Assembly: GCA_044226015.1 (NCBI GenBank)
Contig: JBGAHS010000002.1
Coordinates: 689,571-753,570 of the forward strand
DNA from: Candidatus Obscuribacteraceae bacterium
GTDB lineage: Bacteria > Cyanobacteriota > Vampirovibrionia > Obscuribacterales > Obscuribacteraceae
Length of the DNA: 64,000 nucleotides
Direction: 5' to 3'
Below the pieces are notes generated by a model. It did not search any database. It was not told where the DNA came from and saw only the letters and a list, made by a program, of their open reading frames with translations. Positions 30,128-40,177 of this stretch are shown here, piece after piece. The position numbers were made by a program, and so were the translations under genes. Within the stretch, counting starts at the first letter, position 1. Every line of letters begins with the position of its first letter.

Positions 30128-30810
30128 TACTTGTCCTCGAGCCTGTACCCAAGTCCATGAACTGTGGTTATTATCGAAGGCTCCCCAGAGCTGTCTAGCT
30201 TTTTTCTAAGTGCTTTGATGTACGTCCTAATGGAATCTGGAGACACCGAAGTGTCAGACTCCCAAACGCGATCGAGCAAAGCATCAGCGCTGAAAACAAC
30301 ATTGCGATTGCGCATCAAGAATTCAAGGAGAGCAAATTCTTTCGGCTCTAACTTAATGTCATGTTCTCCCTTACACACTCTGCGAGCGGCTGGGTCAAGA
30401 CTGATCATTCCCAGGTGAAGAACCTTGTCAGTGCTAGCACCAGCACCGGAAGCTCGGCGTATCAAGGCACGAACACGAGCCGACAATTCTTTCAAATGAA
30501 ATGGCTTGCACAGGTAATCATCAGCGCCCGCATCAAGGCCCTGCTCCTTATCATCAACAGTGCTTCTGGCCGTCAGCATTAACACAGGTGATTTACCACC
30601 GAGCGATCTATATTTCTTGCATATCTCAAGACCACTCATTCCCGGCAATTGCCAATCAAGAATGATGACATCATATTTGGAGACACGTAACTGATGGTAG
30701 GCCATCTCACCATTATCGAGAGTTTCGACAATATGATGGTCGCGCATCAACCAATCTTTGATTTGTTTAGACAAATCCAACTCATCTTCTACTAGTAGTA
30801 TCTTGCTCAT
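30127..30810 (-). CDS. OmpR-family response regulator
   Basis: MSKILLVED, GADDYLCKPF, TVHGLGY; coupled to the kinase. Confidence 0.94.
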   Translation of the reverse strand: MSKILLVEDELDLSKQIKDWLMRDHHIVETLDNGEMAYHQLRVSKYDVIILDWQLPGMSGLEICKKYRSLGGKSPVLMLTARSTVDDKEQGLDAGADDYLCKPFHLKELSARVRALIRRASGAGASTDKVLHLGMISLDPAARRVCKGEHDIKLEPKEFALLEFLMRNRNVVFSADALLDRVWESDTSVSPDSIRTYIKALRKKLDSSGEPSIITTVHGLGYRLEDK

Positions 30811-30934
30811 ATATTTGCGGTACTTGTGAATTGTCGCGTGATATTCGCCATCTATTTTACACAAAAATAGTGACAGTGTCTCAGCCGAAAAATTCGTTGA
30901 GCAAACGCTCTACAAGCAAGTACAATATCTCACT

Positions 30935-31996
30935 GTGAAAAATCAAAAAGCGATCCGCAAAAAGAAACGGAAGGCGCAAAACGCTGCGCCTTCGAAGCGT
31001 TTTGTACGCAGCCTGGCACTCGCCTTGTGCATCATTTGCACTATTTGTGCATATGTGCCAGCGGGGCAACAAGACAGCTCTTCTGATCCAAAATACTCCG
31101 CGCAGGTGGCACCGATGCCTGCCGCTTTCGATAAGACACAACCTTTAGACAATCTAGAAAAACAGATCTTTTCTATGGCAGACCAACCGAAATTGCACCT
31201 TGGTGCATTTGCAGTTGAACCTGCAACAGGTCGCTACGTCAGCGTCAACGGGGAGGAAACCTTTGCAGCTGCTTCAATGATTAAGGTACCAGTGCTGGTG
31301 CAATTGCTTGATGCAATCGACAAGGGTGAAGTCTCGCCTGACGAAATTCTTGTAATGCGCAAAGACCTCATAGGTGGTGGCTCTGGATTTTTGCAATGGC
31401 GGCCAGTTGACTCCAAGGTTTCTCTAAAAGAAGCAATGGAAACAATGATCATCTTTTCAGACAATACTGCCACAAACTTGATTATCGATAGGCTAGGTGG
31501 AAAAGACGTTTGCAATCGAGCTTACTCGTATTGGGGACTCAAACACACATACATAAACAACTGGCTTCCAGACCTCGAAGGAACGAACAAAACAAGTCCA
31601 TACGATTTGGTTGAGCTTCTTGCTCGCGTCGATAAAGGAGACTTGTTGCAACCAGACAGTCGTAAACGAATGATGGCAATTATGGAAAAGACAAGAATAA
31701 AGACTCTTTTGCCATTTGGGCTGCCACCCGGAGCAAAAATTGCTCATAAAACTGGAGACATCGGCTCACTCGTTGGAGATTGCGGCATCATCGACAGCCC
31801 CGAACCAGACGGCAAGCATTTTATTGCATGCATTCAAGTTTCGCGTCCTCACAATGATAGACGAGCAAACGAATTAATAAGGCAAGTTTCCCGCGTATTG
31901 TACGCCGAGATGGTGCCGGGTGGTGCCTCACAACAAATTGCCTATTCCCAAACTCCAAGAAGAAGACATCGCCGTCATCGCGGCTCGTCTATGTAA
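30935..31996 (+). CDS. Class A beta-lactamase-like serine hydrolase (cyanobacterial PBP-A-like)
   Basis: SMIK, SDN, HKTG motifs; omega-loop region reads WLPDLEGTN. Confidence 0.85.
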   Translation: MKNQKAIRKKKRKAQNAAPSKRFVRSLALALCIICTICAYVPAGQQDSSSDPKYSAQVAPMPAAFDKTQPLDNLEKQIFSMADQPKLHLGAFAVEPATGRYVSVNGEETFAAASMIKVPVLVQLLDAIDKGEVSPDEILVMRKDLIGGGSGFLQWRPVDSKVSLKEAMETMIIFSDNTATNLIIDRLGGKDVCNRAYSYWGLKHTYINNWLPDLEGTNKTSPYDLVELLARVDKGDLLQPDSRKRMMAIMEKTRIKTLLPFGLPPGAKIAHKTGDIGSLVGDCGIIDSPEPDGKHFIACIQVSRPHNDRRANELIRQVSRVLYAEMVPGGASQQIAYSQTPRRRHRRHRGSSM

Positions 31997-32137
31997 CCTT
32001 TACACTGGCTAAACCTGAGTCCAGGCAAAGACTAACTGTGAAGAGCGACACGATCTGCCTGATCTAGGGAAAAACCCATGTCGAATAAAATCGCTGCGCG
32101 CTATTTTAGGTAAAGCGCAAATATCGGAGTATTCAAC

Positions 32138-35071
32138 ATGAAGTTGCATCTTAGAATGCCACTCGTCGTTAGCACACGGCGAGTTTCAGCCATACTGTTA
32201 TCGCTTGCTCTGGGAACCTGGTCATCATTCACGCTTCCTCAGGTCTCGAAGGCGCTAGGAATTGACGCTGGCTCAATCGGTGCCACAGGAGGAATGCTAG
32301 ATTGCTCCGATTCGGGAGTACTGGTTGCGACGGCTGGCCCGGGAAAACGATTAGGCACATGCCCGCTAAAGCACACCGACGTGCAAGCCAGCGTGTCAGG
32401 TTACGTAGCACGCGTCACCGTGAAACAACAATTCCACAATCCGTTTAAACAAAAAATCGAAGCAGTTTACACATTCCCGATGCCTGACGATGCTGCAGTA
32501 GACGAAATGACAATGCGCATCGGCAATCGAGTAATCAAAGGCACAATTAAGAAAAAAGACGACGCCAGACAAACCTACGAAACAGCTAGAGCGCAAGGGC
32601 AAGTCGCAAGCCTTCTCGATCAAGAACGCCCGAATATTTTTACACAATCTGTGGCCAACATAGAACCCGGACAGAACATCGATATAGAAATTCACTACGT
32701 CAACATACTGAAGTACGAGAATGGTTCGTTCAGCTTTGTTTTTCCAACTGTTGTTGGCCCCCGATTTATTCCTGGGCATACGAACGATGGCAGAAGCGGC
32801 ACCGGCACCGCATATGATACCGAATCAGTTCCCGACGCCTCTAAAATTAGTCCTATAATGAAACAGGAGGGCGAGCGCGCGGGGCACGATATCTCAATAA
32901 ATCTAGACATCAACGCAGGAGTGCCGATTCAAACCGTTGCATCCAAGCTTCACGAAATAGATCTAACAAGACCAACAGCAAATACGGCGCATGTCTCTCT
33001 AAAGAATAAAGACAAGATACCAAACAAAGACTTCATTGCCACATGGAACGTAGCAGCCGACTCAATTCAGAGCGGATATCTAACGCACAAAAAAGGTAAT
33101 GAGGGCTTCTTCACCCTCATGCTGATTCCGCCCAAGAAGGTCACACCAAGCACGGTTCAACCAAAAGAAATGGTTTTCCTCTTAGACTGCTCTGGCTCGC
33201 AGAGAGGACTTCCGATTGAGAAAGCAAAGGAAACAATGGAATACATTGTTGACCACATGAATCCTAAAGACACATTTCAGGTGGTAACTTTCAACAACGA
33301 AATCAAATTCCTCTCTGAAACTCCTCAGCTTGCCAGCCAGAGCCTCCGAGAAAAAGCCAAGGAATTCATAAAGCCCATTTATGCAAATGGTGGCACGTGG
33401 GCAGAGCCAGCCGTAGAAAAGGTTTGTTCGCTGCCCTCACAAGATAACCGCTTGCGCGTTGTCACATTTATGACCGATGGCTACGTGGGCAACGATATGC
33501 AAGTAATTGATACAGTAAAGCGCTTCCGAGGCAAATCTCGCTGGTTTACATTCGGAACCGGGAATTCGGTAAACCGATTCATGATCGATTCAATTGCAAA
33601 AGAAGGCGGCGGCGAAGCCGATTATGTACTTTTGAACTCTTCGGCGGAAGAAGTTGGAAAGAAATTTTACGACCGCATAAGTTCGCCTGTTTTGACTGAC
33701 GTGAAAGTTGAGTTTGATGGACTTGAAGTAAAAGATGTGTTTCCGAAAGAGCCAGCGGATGTTTGGGCCCAGCGACCGGTTTACATAACAGGGCGCTATA
33801 CAAAAGGTGGCACAGGCAAAGTTATTCTCCGAGGTTTTTCGGGAGGTAAGCCGTACAAACAGGAACTAAAAATCACACTACCAGAAGATCAAAATGCAAA
33901 TGACGTTCTACCTTCAATATGGGCGCGAGCAAAGGTAGACCGCTTGATGTCAGAAGACTGGCGTGGAGTCCAATACGGAACCTTCAAATCAGAATTGAAG
34001 GAAGAGGTCGAACAAACAGCTTTGAAATACCACATCATGAGCCAGTTCACGTCCTTCGTGGCCGTAGAGGAAGACCGCAAGACAGCTGGCGGCGAGCCCG
34101 TGAAGATGGCGGTGCCGGTTGAATCACCCGAAGGGGTCAGCACCGATGCACTGCGCCAATCAGCAGCATATAGACAGAAATCAATGAGCCCATTACCCAG
34201 GGCACAGTACTCAATGGGTCAAGCAGGCACCAGGTACGGTGCAAGAGCTGCGGGCGGCGGAGGCGGCGGCGGGGGCAACGGATGGAGCAGCGGACCAGTA
34301 GGATTCAACGGATCATCAGGAGCAGCCAGTCAAAGCTACGGCTTGCCAATGCCAACACCATCATCCGTAACCACGAAAAGAAGTGCTTCGTTTCAACATT
34401 ACAATCACTATGAAGTGCATCCAAGTATGCAAAGCCGCGGCATGATGTTGCCACAGACAGCGATGGGCAATTTCGTGGCGTCGCCAGGAAATTCCACGTC
34501 GGCATACGGAGCCTCAGGCTCTGCCAATTCAGCGCCGAGCGCATCACCTATGTTCTCTAGGGAACGAAGCCAAAGTGCACCTTCATGGTATTCAAATGCA
34601 AAGCAGCCAATGCCAACCCCACCATCGGCAAGCTCGTCCCAGAATAAACCCAAGCTCTCCATTAATGAGGAGCGGCCGATCGTTCGTGATTTTAGAGAGA
34701 TGCAAACTGAAACGAAATCGGACAAAGGCAAAGGTCGCCTCAGCAAAGACAAAGAACAATTTGCACAATCACAAGCCGAAGATGACAAAACACAAGTAGA
34801 CCGACCGCTTCCTGCACGATCCAAAATAGACTCAAAATTGCAAGATGCCATTGGTCGAAAGCTAAAGCATCCCAATGAATCGCAAACGCTTAGAATCAAA
34901 ATCGTTCTTTCCAACAGCCCTGGCTCTGATTTCCTGGACAAACTAAATAAAGCAGGTCTAAAAATAGACAAACGAGAAGGGAAAAATCTAATTGGAAATA
35001 TCGATGCGAAGTTAATTCAGAAACTCTTAGAGTTTCCAGAAATACAAGCATTATTTCTGGCGAGCAAGTAG
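32138..35071 (+). CDS. Exported VIT and vWA domain protein
   Basis: VIT (EAVYTFP, PNIFTQSVANI), MIDAS DCSGS, TDG; low-complexity tail. Confidence 0.92.
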   Translation: MKLHLRMPLVVSTRRVSAILLSLALGTWSSFTLPQVSKALGIDAGSIGATGGMLDCSDSGVLVATAGPGKRLGTCPLKHTDVQASVSGYVARVTVKQQFHNPFKQKIEAVYTFPMPDDAAVDEMTMRIGNRVIKGTIKKKDDARQTYETARAQGQVASLLDQERPNIFTQSVANIEPGQNIDIEIHYVNILKYENGSFSFVFPTVVGPRFIPGHTNDGRSGTGTAYDTESVPDASKISPIMKQEGERAGHDISINLDINAGVPIQTVASKLHEIDLTRPTANTAHVSLKNKDKIPNKDFIATWNVAADSIQSGYLTHKKGNEGFFTLMLIPPKKVTPSTVQPKEMVFLLDCSGSQRGLPIEKAKETMEYIVDHMNPKDTFQVVTFNNEIKFLSETPQLASQSLREKAKEFIKPIYANGGTWAEPAVEKVCSLPSQDNRLRVVTFMTDGYVGNDMQVIDTVKRFRGKSRWFTFGTGNSVNRFMIDSIAKEGGGEADYVLLNSSAEEVGKKFYDRISSPVLTDVKVEFDGLEVKDVFPKEPADVWAQRPVYITGRYTKGGTGKVILRGFSGGKPYKQELKITLPEDQNANDVLPSIWARAKVDRLMSEDWRGVQYGTFKSELKEEVEQTALKYHIMSQFTSFVAVEEDRKTAGGEPVKMAVPVESPEGVSTDALRQSAAYRQKSMSPLPRAQYSMGQAGTRYGARAAGGGGGGGGNGWSSGPVGFNGSSGAASQSYGLPMPTPSSVTTKRSASFQHYNHYEVHPSMQSRGMMLPQTAMGNFVASPGNSTSAYGASGSANSAPSASPMFSRERSQSAPSWYSNAKQPMPTPPSASSSQNKPKLSINEERPIVRDFREMQTETKSDKGKGRLSKDKEQFAQSQAEDDKTQVDRPLPARSKIDSKLQDAIGRKLKHPNESQTLRIKIVLSNSPGSDFLDKLNKAGLKIDKREGKNLIGNIDAKLIQKLLEFPEIQALFLASK

Positions 35072-35114
35072 CACTGAGCCTGACCAAAGAGTTGCTATTG
35101 CTGGCGATCTCGTC

Positions 35115-35351
35115 CTAGTCCTTTTTTGGCAAAGCGTTCACTTTTTGCCGAATGGATTCTAGTTCAGATACACGATGCGCATTAACAACTGCCTCTTCAG
35201 CACTTTGTGCCTTTGGTGCCCATTTGAATTGTGACAGATACTGTGGAATCACGTTTAAATACCAATAACCAAACAAGAAAAAAGCACCCATAATCAGACT
35301 ACCGCGTAGAATCATTTGGGTCACCGACAGTTGTGTTTTACGCTCATTCAT
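35115..35351 (-). CDS. Small membrane protein
   Basis: Single TM helix; fills the gap between genes. Confidence 0.55.
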   Translation of the reverse strand: MNERKTQLSVTQMILRGSLIMGAFFLFGYWYLNVIPQYLSQFKWAPKAQSAEEAVVNAHRVSELESIRQKVNALPKKD

Positions 35352-35386
35352 AATATACCCTTCAGTTGCATAACACGTCAGAATAT

Positions 35387-36709
35387 TTATTTAGACTCCT
35401 GCACTCCAAGATCATTCGGTATCATTCTCGTTGATGCACCTATAAGAAATGGAATATAACACTTTTTAGTGGCTTTTTTTTGGTCCTGCCGGGCTTGTAC
35501 AGATCGTCCCAAATGTTTGAAAACGATCGCTCTCATTTCAAGCAATTCCTTTCTTTCTCCAGCATCTGCAATTACTATATTCAGGTCAGAAAGGGCGGCA
35601 CCCCAGCGCTTTTCTGCGATTTCAGCGGACGCACGTCCCTCGTAAGCTTCAAATTTTTCATTCGCTGAAAGTTCGGATTGGGCTTTTAACACGGACGAGA
35701 AGTCAGATCTCGCTTCACCGTAATGCTCCAAGCTTAACTGGAGTCTTGCGCGCTCTAATAGCAGCGTGTGATCAGTACCAGGTAACAAGTCAATCGTCGC
35801 AGTTAAGTCACTTACGGCCCCTAATGGATCACTTAACTTGATTCGCAACTGCGCCCTCTCATAAAGTACGTTGACGGCTCTTGGAGCTAGCTCTAAGCAC
35901 TTTGAATAGTCTTGCAAAGCCTGTTGATCGTAATGCAATACAGTTTGTTCAGAAGCGGATGCTCTTTCTTTGCTCACCGCATCAAATGGATACCCATGGG
36001 CAACGCTCGGGCAATCAATTATGTAGTTACGTTTGAGTTCTAACAACTTTTCACGCGCAGCCTGCGAATTGCAATCAGCTTCTAAAGCAAGAGCAAATTG
36101 CTCGGCTCCGGTTACGTAGCGCAGCGTCCCACACAATTGCGTTCCGTAGGCAATATGGGCAAAGCAAAGATTCTCCAGCAATATCTTGTTTTGCGGCTCT
36201 CTAATGCACGCCATTCGATGCAACTCGATTGCCTTCTTCCACTCATTGTTTAATCCACTCTTTATAGCTCTATTATTGATCTCAACAACCGTTGCATTTG
36301 TAATTGAGAGATTCGCCAATTTCTGAGCCAACATTTCTTTTGCACGAGCGCGATAGAAATATGCAAGAGGAAATTCGGAATTCAGACTTATACATTTATC
36401 GTAATCTGCAATCGCCCTTTCAATTTGTTGCGTGCTTAGCAAAAGCTCTCCACGCTGCAGATAGAGGTTTTCATTAGATGGATCGTGCTCAATCTTCTTG
36501 CTGATAGCATCAACTTTCATCAGAATTGGTTTCATGTAATCAAGGCAAATGCGTTTCTTGCTAATGGGTTTCTTAGCAAAACTGACAGTCCGCTTGGCTT
36601 GCGCTTCCCGAATTGTGACCGATGAAAACAAAAATAACAAAACGAAGAAACCTAACAATGACCATCGAATTGGTCGATTGGTTAGTTCAATTGGAGTAAA
36701 CTGTGTCAT
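35387..36709 (-). CDS. TPR protein with N-terminal membrane anchor/signal
   Basis: Multiple TPRs (AIADYDKCISLN, ALQDYSKCLELAP). Confidence 0.85.
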   Translation of the reverse strand: MTQFTPIELTNRPIRWSLLGFFVLLFLFSSVTIREAQAKRTVSFAKKPISKKRICLDYMKPILMKVDAISKKIEHDPSNENLYLQRGELLLSTQQIERAIADYDKCISLNSEFPLAYFYRARAKEMLAQKLANLSITNATVVEINNRAIKSGLNNEWKKAIELHRMACIREPQNKILLENLCFAHIAYGTQLCGTLRYVTGAEQFALALEADCNSQAAREKLLELKRNYIIDCPSVAHGYPFDAVSKERASASEQTVLHYDQQALQDYSKCLELAPRAVNVLYERAQLRIKLSDPLGAVSDLTATIDLLPGTDHTLLLERARLQLSLEHYGEARSDFSSVLKAQSELSANEKFEAYEGRASAEIAEKRWGAALSDLNIVIADAGERKELLEMRAIVFKHLGRSVQARQDQKKATKKCYIPFLIGASTRMIPNDLGVQESK

Positions 36710-36758
36710 GGTAAATTCGTAAGCACCCGTTAAAAAAATGGTTTCCTTTTCGACTGTT

Positions 36759-37850
36759 CTAATCTGGTAAGTGAATGACGTAATCAACATCTCGATTCGT
36801 TTCTCTGTTAAGCCGAACTAGAAAACGTTGGTGGCTCATGTCAGTGCCACTAGTCGCAGAATTTACAAGATCGGACATCGACCTTATTCTGGAGCTTCGA
36901 GCATCGTTGCTTGAGAAACCTACCACAACCGAGTCGCGATGGTATTTCTCAGCAAGAACTTGATTTAGGCGATTATTTTTTGGTGAATACCCACCATGAT
37001 TTTCGCCAGCCAAAACAGCCATTCTAGCCCCAGGAGATTCAGAAAGAGTTCTGTCGATAACTTCAGCCCAGTTCTTGTTCCTGGTGCCTAATGTATGTGC
37101 GCCTTCATCCGAGCCTTCAGTAGCATAGTAGGATGGTGATTCGAGAGCTACAACGCGAATACCAAGTTTTTTTGCTTGATCAATCACTCCCATGTATTTT
37201 TCTTCCATGCCGGGATTCCAATACTCCTTGAAATGATCGTAGAGGCGCTGTCTTGATGCATTAACCTGCTCAGCCGAAGAATTTGGATCTAGAAATTGAT
37301 CAATGGCAGGTTGAAGGTTTGTAGGTAACATCTCTAGCCCGATGTGCGAAACATGAAGTTGTTCCATATTTGCAATAAGTTCATCCTTAATGACACCACT
37401 TCCATGGCGCTCACCAAAAAACAGAACCGATTTGTCGGAAGGAAATATTTTCGACCAATCAACATCGCTACGAGTGCCTGGTTCTTTTAAGGACTTGCGG
37501 ATATTTTCCACCTCGGCATGGAAGCTCGGACCCTGGCCGCTCCATGCAATCGGTTTGTCTATAGGTATCGTTGCTGGTTGCGATAAACTCCTTTCTGGCG
37601 CTGCCGCATCGTTTGAATCGTTCTTGTTTTTGGGTTCACCATCACGGTGAGATGCATCGGTCAACTCCACCGATGGCAGGTGATCGTTGGCTGAGTCAGA
37701 ATTGTTAGCTGTTGGCAAAGTGACTGGCTTTTCTTCAGGGGAAATTGCATAAACGTCCGCACGAAGACGGTCACTAGCGCGATCGATGTCCTTCGCTGGC
37801 TTTGCTTCATCGTGATCTACTGCGTGATCGCGCCCAAGACTTTTACTCAT
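36759..37850 (-). CDS. ChaN/EreA/TIKI-superfamily domain protein with disordered N-terminus
   Basis: VLFFGERH, HIGLEM, RN..WA, LAGENH motif pattern. Confidence 0.65.
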   Translation of the reverse strand: MSKSLGRDHAVDHDEAKPAKDIDRASDRLRADVYAISPEEKPVTLPTANNSDSANDHLPSVELTDASHRDGEPKNKNDSNDAAAPERSLSQPATIPIDKPIAWSGQGPSFHAEVENIRKSLKEPGTRSDVDWSKIFPSDKSVLFFGERHGSGVIKDELIANMEQLHVSHIGLEMLPTNLQPAIDQFLDPNSSAEQVNASRQRLYDHFKEYWNPGMEEKYMGVIDQAKKLGIRVVALESPSYYATEGSDEGAHTLGTRNKNWAEVIDRTLSESPGARMAVLAGENHGGYSPKNNRLNQVLAEKYHRDSVVVGFSSNDARSSRIRSMSDLVNSATSGTDMSHQRFLVRLNRETNRDVDYVIHLPD

Positions 37851-37926
37851 AACTGCCCATTTACTAAGTTAGGCATGAGCATAGTTGCAGTGGCATAAAA
37901 AATGCGTGAAAAATTAGGGTGCGGCG

Positions 37927-39231
37927 TCAAGCCTGACTTTTTGCTTTGACTTCTTCGATGACCACCGCCACTTTTTCTTGCGACCATGAATCTAATCTAG
38001 TTGTGAAAAATGCGGCAAGCATCAAGGCAAGAACACCAGTAAGAGATAGAGTATGACCGACTCCTATGACATTTGCCAGAGCGCCAGCGCCTATGCAACC
38101 GAAGGGAGCCATCCCCATCATAGCCATAACGAAAATGCTCATGACCCTTCCACGCTTATCTTTATCAACAATTGTTTGAATCAGCGTATTACTACCCGCC
38201 ATAACGAACATGCTGCCGAACCCCATCACCGCCAGTAGTGGCAATGACAAGAACATACTTGTCGAAAATCCCATTGCAAGTAGTCCCAAGCCTGTCAGTG
38301 CGCAGCCACTCAACACCCATTTTGCAAGATTTCCCTTGGCTTTACGAGCTGCAAGCATAACCGCAGCTCCAACTGAGCCCACACCGGAAGCAGCATTCAT
38401 GAAACCGAGAATTGCAGCATTTCCATGAAAGACATCCTTAACATATGCTGGAAGCAAAACAATAAATGGCATTGCAACAAGACCAAATAATCCAACAAGC
38501 ATAATCAGGTCTCGTATTGGAGCAGTAGCAAAAGCATACCTGAAGCCTTCCTTCAGCTCGTCAGTTGGTCTACCAGTTTTCTTAGCAGCATCGACCTGGT
38601 AAGACTTGATGAGAAACAATGCAGCGATAACGGCAACATAGCTGAGCGCATTGAGTAGAAAACAAATTCCTTCCCCAGTCCAGGCAACCATAAGACCAGC
38701 AACGAAGGGACCCACCAGTCGACTCAAAGTTGTAATTGAAGAGTTGACCCCAATGACCATCGGTAATTGCGTGTGGTCTTTCAGCATGTCGACAATGAAA
38801 GTTTGGCGCGCCGGCATATCAAAAGCTGTTATTACACCAAGAATTGCACTTAAGACAATCAATTCCCACAACTGTGCCTGTCCAGTCAGAACCAACACAG
38901 ACAGCACTGCAGCCTGAATAAGGGCAGCGACTTGCGTGACAATCAGCAGTTTATGCCTATTTGACCGATCGATCACAGTGCCGGCAAATGGCGTCACCAG
39001 CAATGATGGAACCTGGCTGGCAAATCCTATCAAACCAAGCATTAGAGGTGAGTTTGTAAGACGATAGATCAGCCAGCTCATCGCCATTTGCTGCATAAAC
39101 GAACCAGTCATAGAAATGATCTGTCCGCCGAAGTAGAGCAAGAGGTTGCGATTACTGAGCACCGGGTGGCTTTTGCTTGAAGTTTGCGGCTCCATTTTTA
39201 GCTCTTCCACTGCACTGCTTACTACGGACAT
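37927..39231 (-). CDS. MFS transporter
   Basis: About 12 TM helices, FDMPARQ, RGRVMS; GAGGAG RBS. Confidence 0.93.
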   Translation of the reverse strand: MSVVSSAVEELKMEPQTSSKSHPVLSNRNLLLYFGGQIISMTGSFMQQMAMSWLIYRLTNSPLMLGLIGFASQVPSLLVTPFAGTVIDRSNRHKLLIVTQVAALIQAAVLSVLVLTGQAQLWELIVLSAILGVITAFDMPARQTFIVDMLKDHTQLPMVIGVNSSITTLSRLVGPFVAGLMVAWTGEGICFLLNALSYVAVIAALFLIKSYQVDAAKKTGRPTDELKEGFRYAFATAPIRDLIMLVGLFGLVAMPFIVLLPAYVKDVFHGNAAILGFMNAASGVGSVGAAVMLAARKAKGNLAKWVLSGCALTGLGLLAMGFSTSMFLSLPLLAVMGFGSMFVMAGSNTLIQTIVDKDKRGRVMSIFVMAMMGMAPFGCIGAGALANVIGVGHTLSLTGVLALMLAAFFTTRLDSWSQEKVAVVIEEVKAKSQA

Positions 39232-39260
39232 TATAACGACTCCTCGAACCATACTTCTAT

Positions 39261-39280
39261 AATGAATGAATTCATTCATT
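39261..39280. promoter_or_regulatory. Perfect 20-bp palindrome, probable TetR operator
   Basis: AATGAATGAATTCATTCATT directly downstream of the minus-strand TTGACA (39287-39282) of the MFS promoter. Confidence 0.85.
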
Positions 39281-39408
39281 CTGTCAAGCATCTCTAAACT
39301 TCAACTAGCATAAAAACTCATTTCCTGCCATCGATTATAGATTTTGCAGGGGAAAAGATACCAGAACAGAGTATAATGAATTCGTTCAGCTAATTCGAGA
39401 CAAATCCC

Positions 39409-40005
39409 GTGGCGCGCACCCTGGACGAAAACAAAAGAACAGCGATTTTAGAAGCTGCAAAGTCCGTTTTCTTGACCGTTGGGTATGCTGACGCCAAGAT
39501 TTCGGAGATTGCTGCTGCGGCTGGAGTCGCTGCAGGAACGCTTTATCTCTACTACGATTCCAAGGAAGCACTGGCCAGCGCAATCGGTGAGTCATTCTTT
39601 GCACGATTGAGTAAGCAGTTCGGTCTTGTAGTAAAAAAAATCAAGGGTCCGGAGACCATAGAAACATTTGTCGACTGGGCACTCTCGATTTCTGAGCAGG
39701 AAAAAGACGTTCTTGCGATTGCACGAGAATATCAGCACAGCAGCAAGAGAAAAGATTCCTCAAGGAAATTGCTGGTCAATCAGCTTGCTGATGTTTTCAA
39801 AGAAGGAATGGAACGCAAGGAGATCCGCAGCTTTAGCGATGCAGAAGCCCTTGCAGAAGTCGTATTAGCCGTGATTCGGCGGCTGTTTATGTCACAAGCT
39901 CTTTTCAAAGATGAGAACAAAGCTGCCTTGAGGCAGGTCGCAACTCAGATGCTCAAACATGCTCTGTTTGAAGATGCATACCTTCAGTCGAGAGAAAAGC
40001 TCTGA
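39409..40005 (+). CDS. TetR/AcrR family regulator
   Basis: HTH IAAAAGVAAGTLYLYYDSKEAL; divergent from MFS gene. Confidence 0.93.
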   Translation: MARTLDENKRTAILEAAKSVFLTVGYADAKISEIAAAAGVAAGTLYLYYDSKEALASAIGESFFARLSKQFGLVVKKIKGPETIETFVDWALSISEQEKDVLAIAREYQHSSKRKDSSRKLLVNQLADVFKEGMERKEIRSFSDAEALAEVVLAVIRRLFMSQALFKDENKAALRQVATQMLKHALFEDAYLQSREKL

Positions 40006-40009
40006 GCAC

Positions 40010-40177
40010 AATCGGCTCAGCATTGTAGCTCAGTTCAAGGCGTAGCTCAGGGCTAAGCGTTGCGGACCAGCCCAGGGATGAGCATTGCAGAACAGCCCAT
40101 AGCACAGTGTTGCGGACCGACTCAGGGATCAGCATTGCAGAACAGCTCAAACCCAGCGTTGCGGAAAAGCTCAGGGC
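40010..40177. repeat. Degenerate ~22-24 bp tandem repeat between convergent genes
   Basis: Recurring AGC(A/G)TTGC(A/G)GA..AGC(T/C)CAGGG. Confidence 0.65.

Noticed and set aside
30935..31996. Bona fide class A beta-lactamase resistance gene
   Set aside because: Omega-loop region (WLPDLEGTN) resembles cyanobacterial PBP-A-type proteins rather than Glu166-containing beta-lactamases
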